From the NCBI GenBank assembly GCA_002104905.1, contig MCFE01000081.1:1-64000 (forward strand): 64,000 nt of DNA. The letters are read 5' to 3'. Of this stretch, positions 63,401-64,000 are shown piece after piece. Under the pieces are notes generated by a model. The model ran no database searches. It had not been told where the DNA came from and saw nothing but the letters and a program-made list of their open reading frames with translations. This DNA comes from Basidiobolus meristosporus CBS 931.73. Its lineage: Eukaryota > Fungi > Basidiobolomycota. Positions within the stretch are counted from its first letter, which is position 1; each line of letters starts with the position of its first letter. The position numbers and the translations under genes were made by a program.

Positions 63401-64000
63401 TCACCAATTGGCTCGTTTTCTGTTCCCCTATGTGTCCTAGCCTCCTATGCCACGTCTCCCAGTTAGTTTCATCAGTTTCAGCAATGTTGACAAACTCAAG
63501 TACAATGATCTTGCATTGTAACTTGTATATATTGTGATCTCTGATTCCCAAAGCTAATTCTTGTCCATTTTCACTCAGTATTGAGCAGCTCAACTTAGTA
63601 AAAACAAATATCAGTCCCTGAGTAGTTGCTTTACTGACTGAGAGTAGGTTCTTAGCTATTCCAGGTACATAGAGTATGTCAGTCAGTTTTGCTGTTGTTG
63701 CCCCTGAGTTATCACTCATATTTAGTTGTATAGACCCACTGGCGGTAGCTTCCATTGCAGAGTTATCTCCCAGATAAACCTTTCTTACGGGAATAGTCTT
63801 TAAGTTGCTGAACCAATCCTTTATATCACAAATATGCTGTGATGCTCCAGAGTCAATATACCATTCATTACCTCGGTTACTTGCACTCTCTTGTACAGTG
63901 ACAAATAACTGTCCATCAGTAGTTATATGGTTTGCCTGCTCTAGTTTCTGTTTTTTGTCTGCTTGTTTCTTCTTGCATTCTCTTGCCCAGTGTCCTGGCT
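60414..64000 (-). mobile_element. Ty1/copia family C2, copy 2 (5' part beyond the window); complete 3' LTR 60414-60785
   Basis: Near-identical reverse complement of 51157-54371; RT motif YVDN; stop at ~61400; frameshifts at ~61665 and ~61212. Confidence 0.97.

Noticed and set aside
1-64000. CRISPR arrays, rRNA, tRNA genes or prokaryotic operons
   Set aside because: No regularly spaced repeat-spacer units or RNA-gene signatures were seen. Spliceosomal introns and LTR elements indicate a eukaryotic nuclear locus, and the only tRNA-complementary strings are retroelement PBSs.

Overview
Eukaryotic DNA, most likely from an early-diverging fungus (Basidiobolus/Mucoromycota-like). This is inferred from short 56-112 nt introns, a GH18+CBM5/12 chitinase, fungal SurE and PAS-PAS genes, and Ty5-type primer sites. 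The window has two sharply different halves. Positions 1-~25 kb are gene-rich and CpG-rich: a secreted protein cut by the left edge, a frameshifted chitinase, two tandem small Cys-rich secreted beta/gamma-crystallin-like proteins, a homeobox gene, a two-PAS protein, a Pho80/Pcl-type cyclin, two tandem secreted proteins built from 23-27 Gxxx tetrads, a DEDDh exonuclease, a SurE-like phosphatase, cytosolic ThrRS and two tandem cysteine dioxygenases. Positions ~25-64 kb are a CpG-depleted graveyard of nested transposons: two Ty1/copia families, at least three Ty3/gypsy-type LTR families with solo LTRs, and remnants of a divergently organised two-gene CACTA-like DNA transposon. The best candidates for something undescribed are (i) the secreted (Gxxx)n proteins, (ii) the crystallin-like small secreted proteins next to the chitinase, and (iii) the repeat-restricted C-to-T hypermutation, together with an LTR family whose target sites appear CpG-centred. 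No rRNA, tRNA or CRISPR array was recognised. All alignments were done by eye and no database searches were run.
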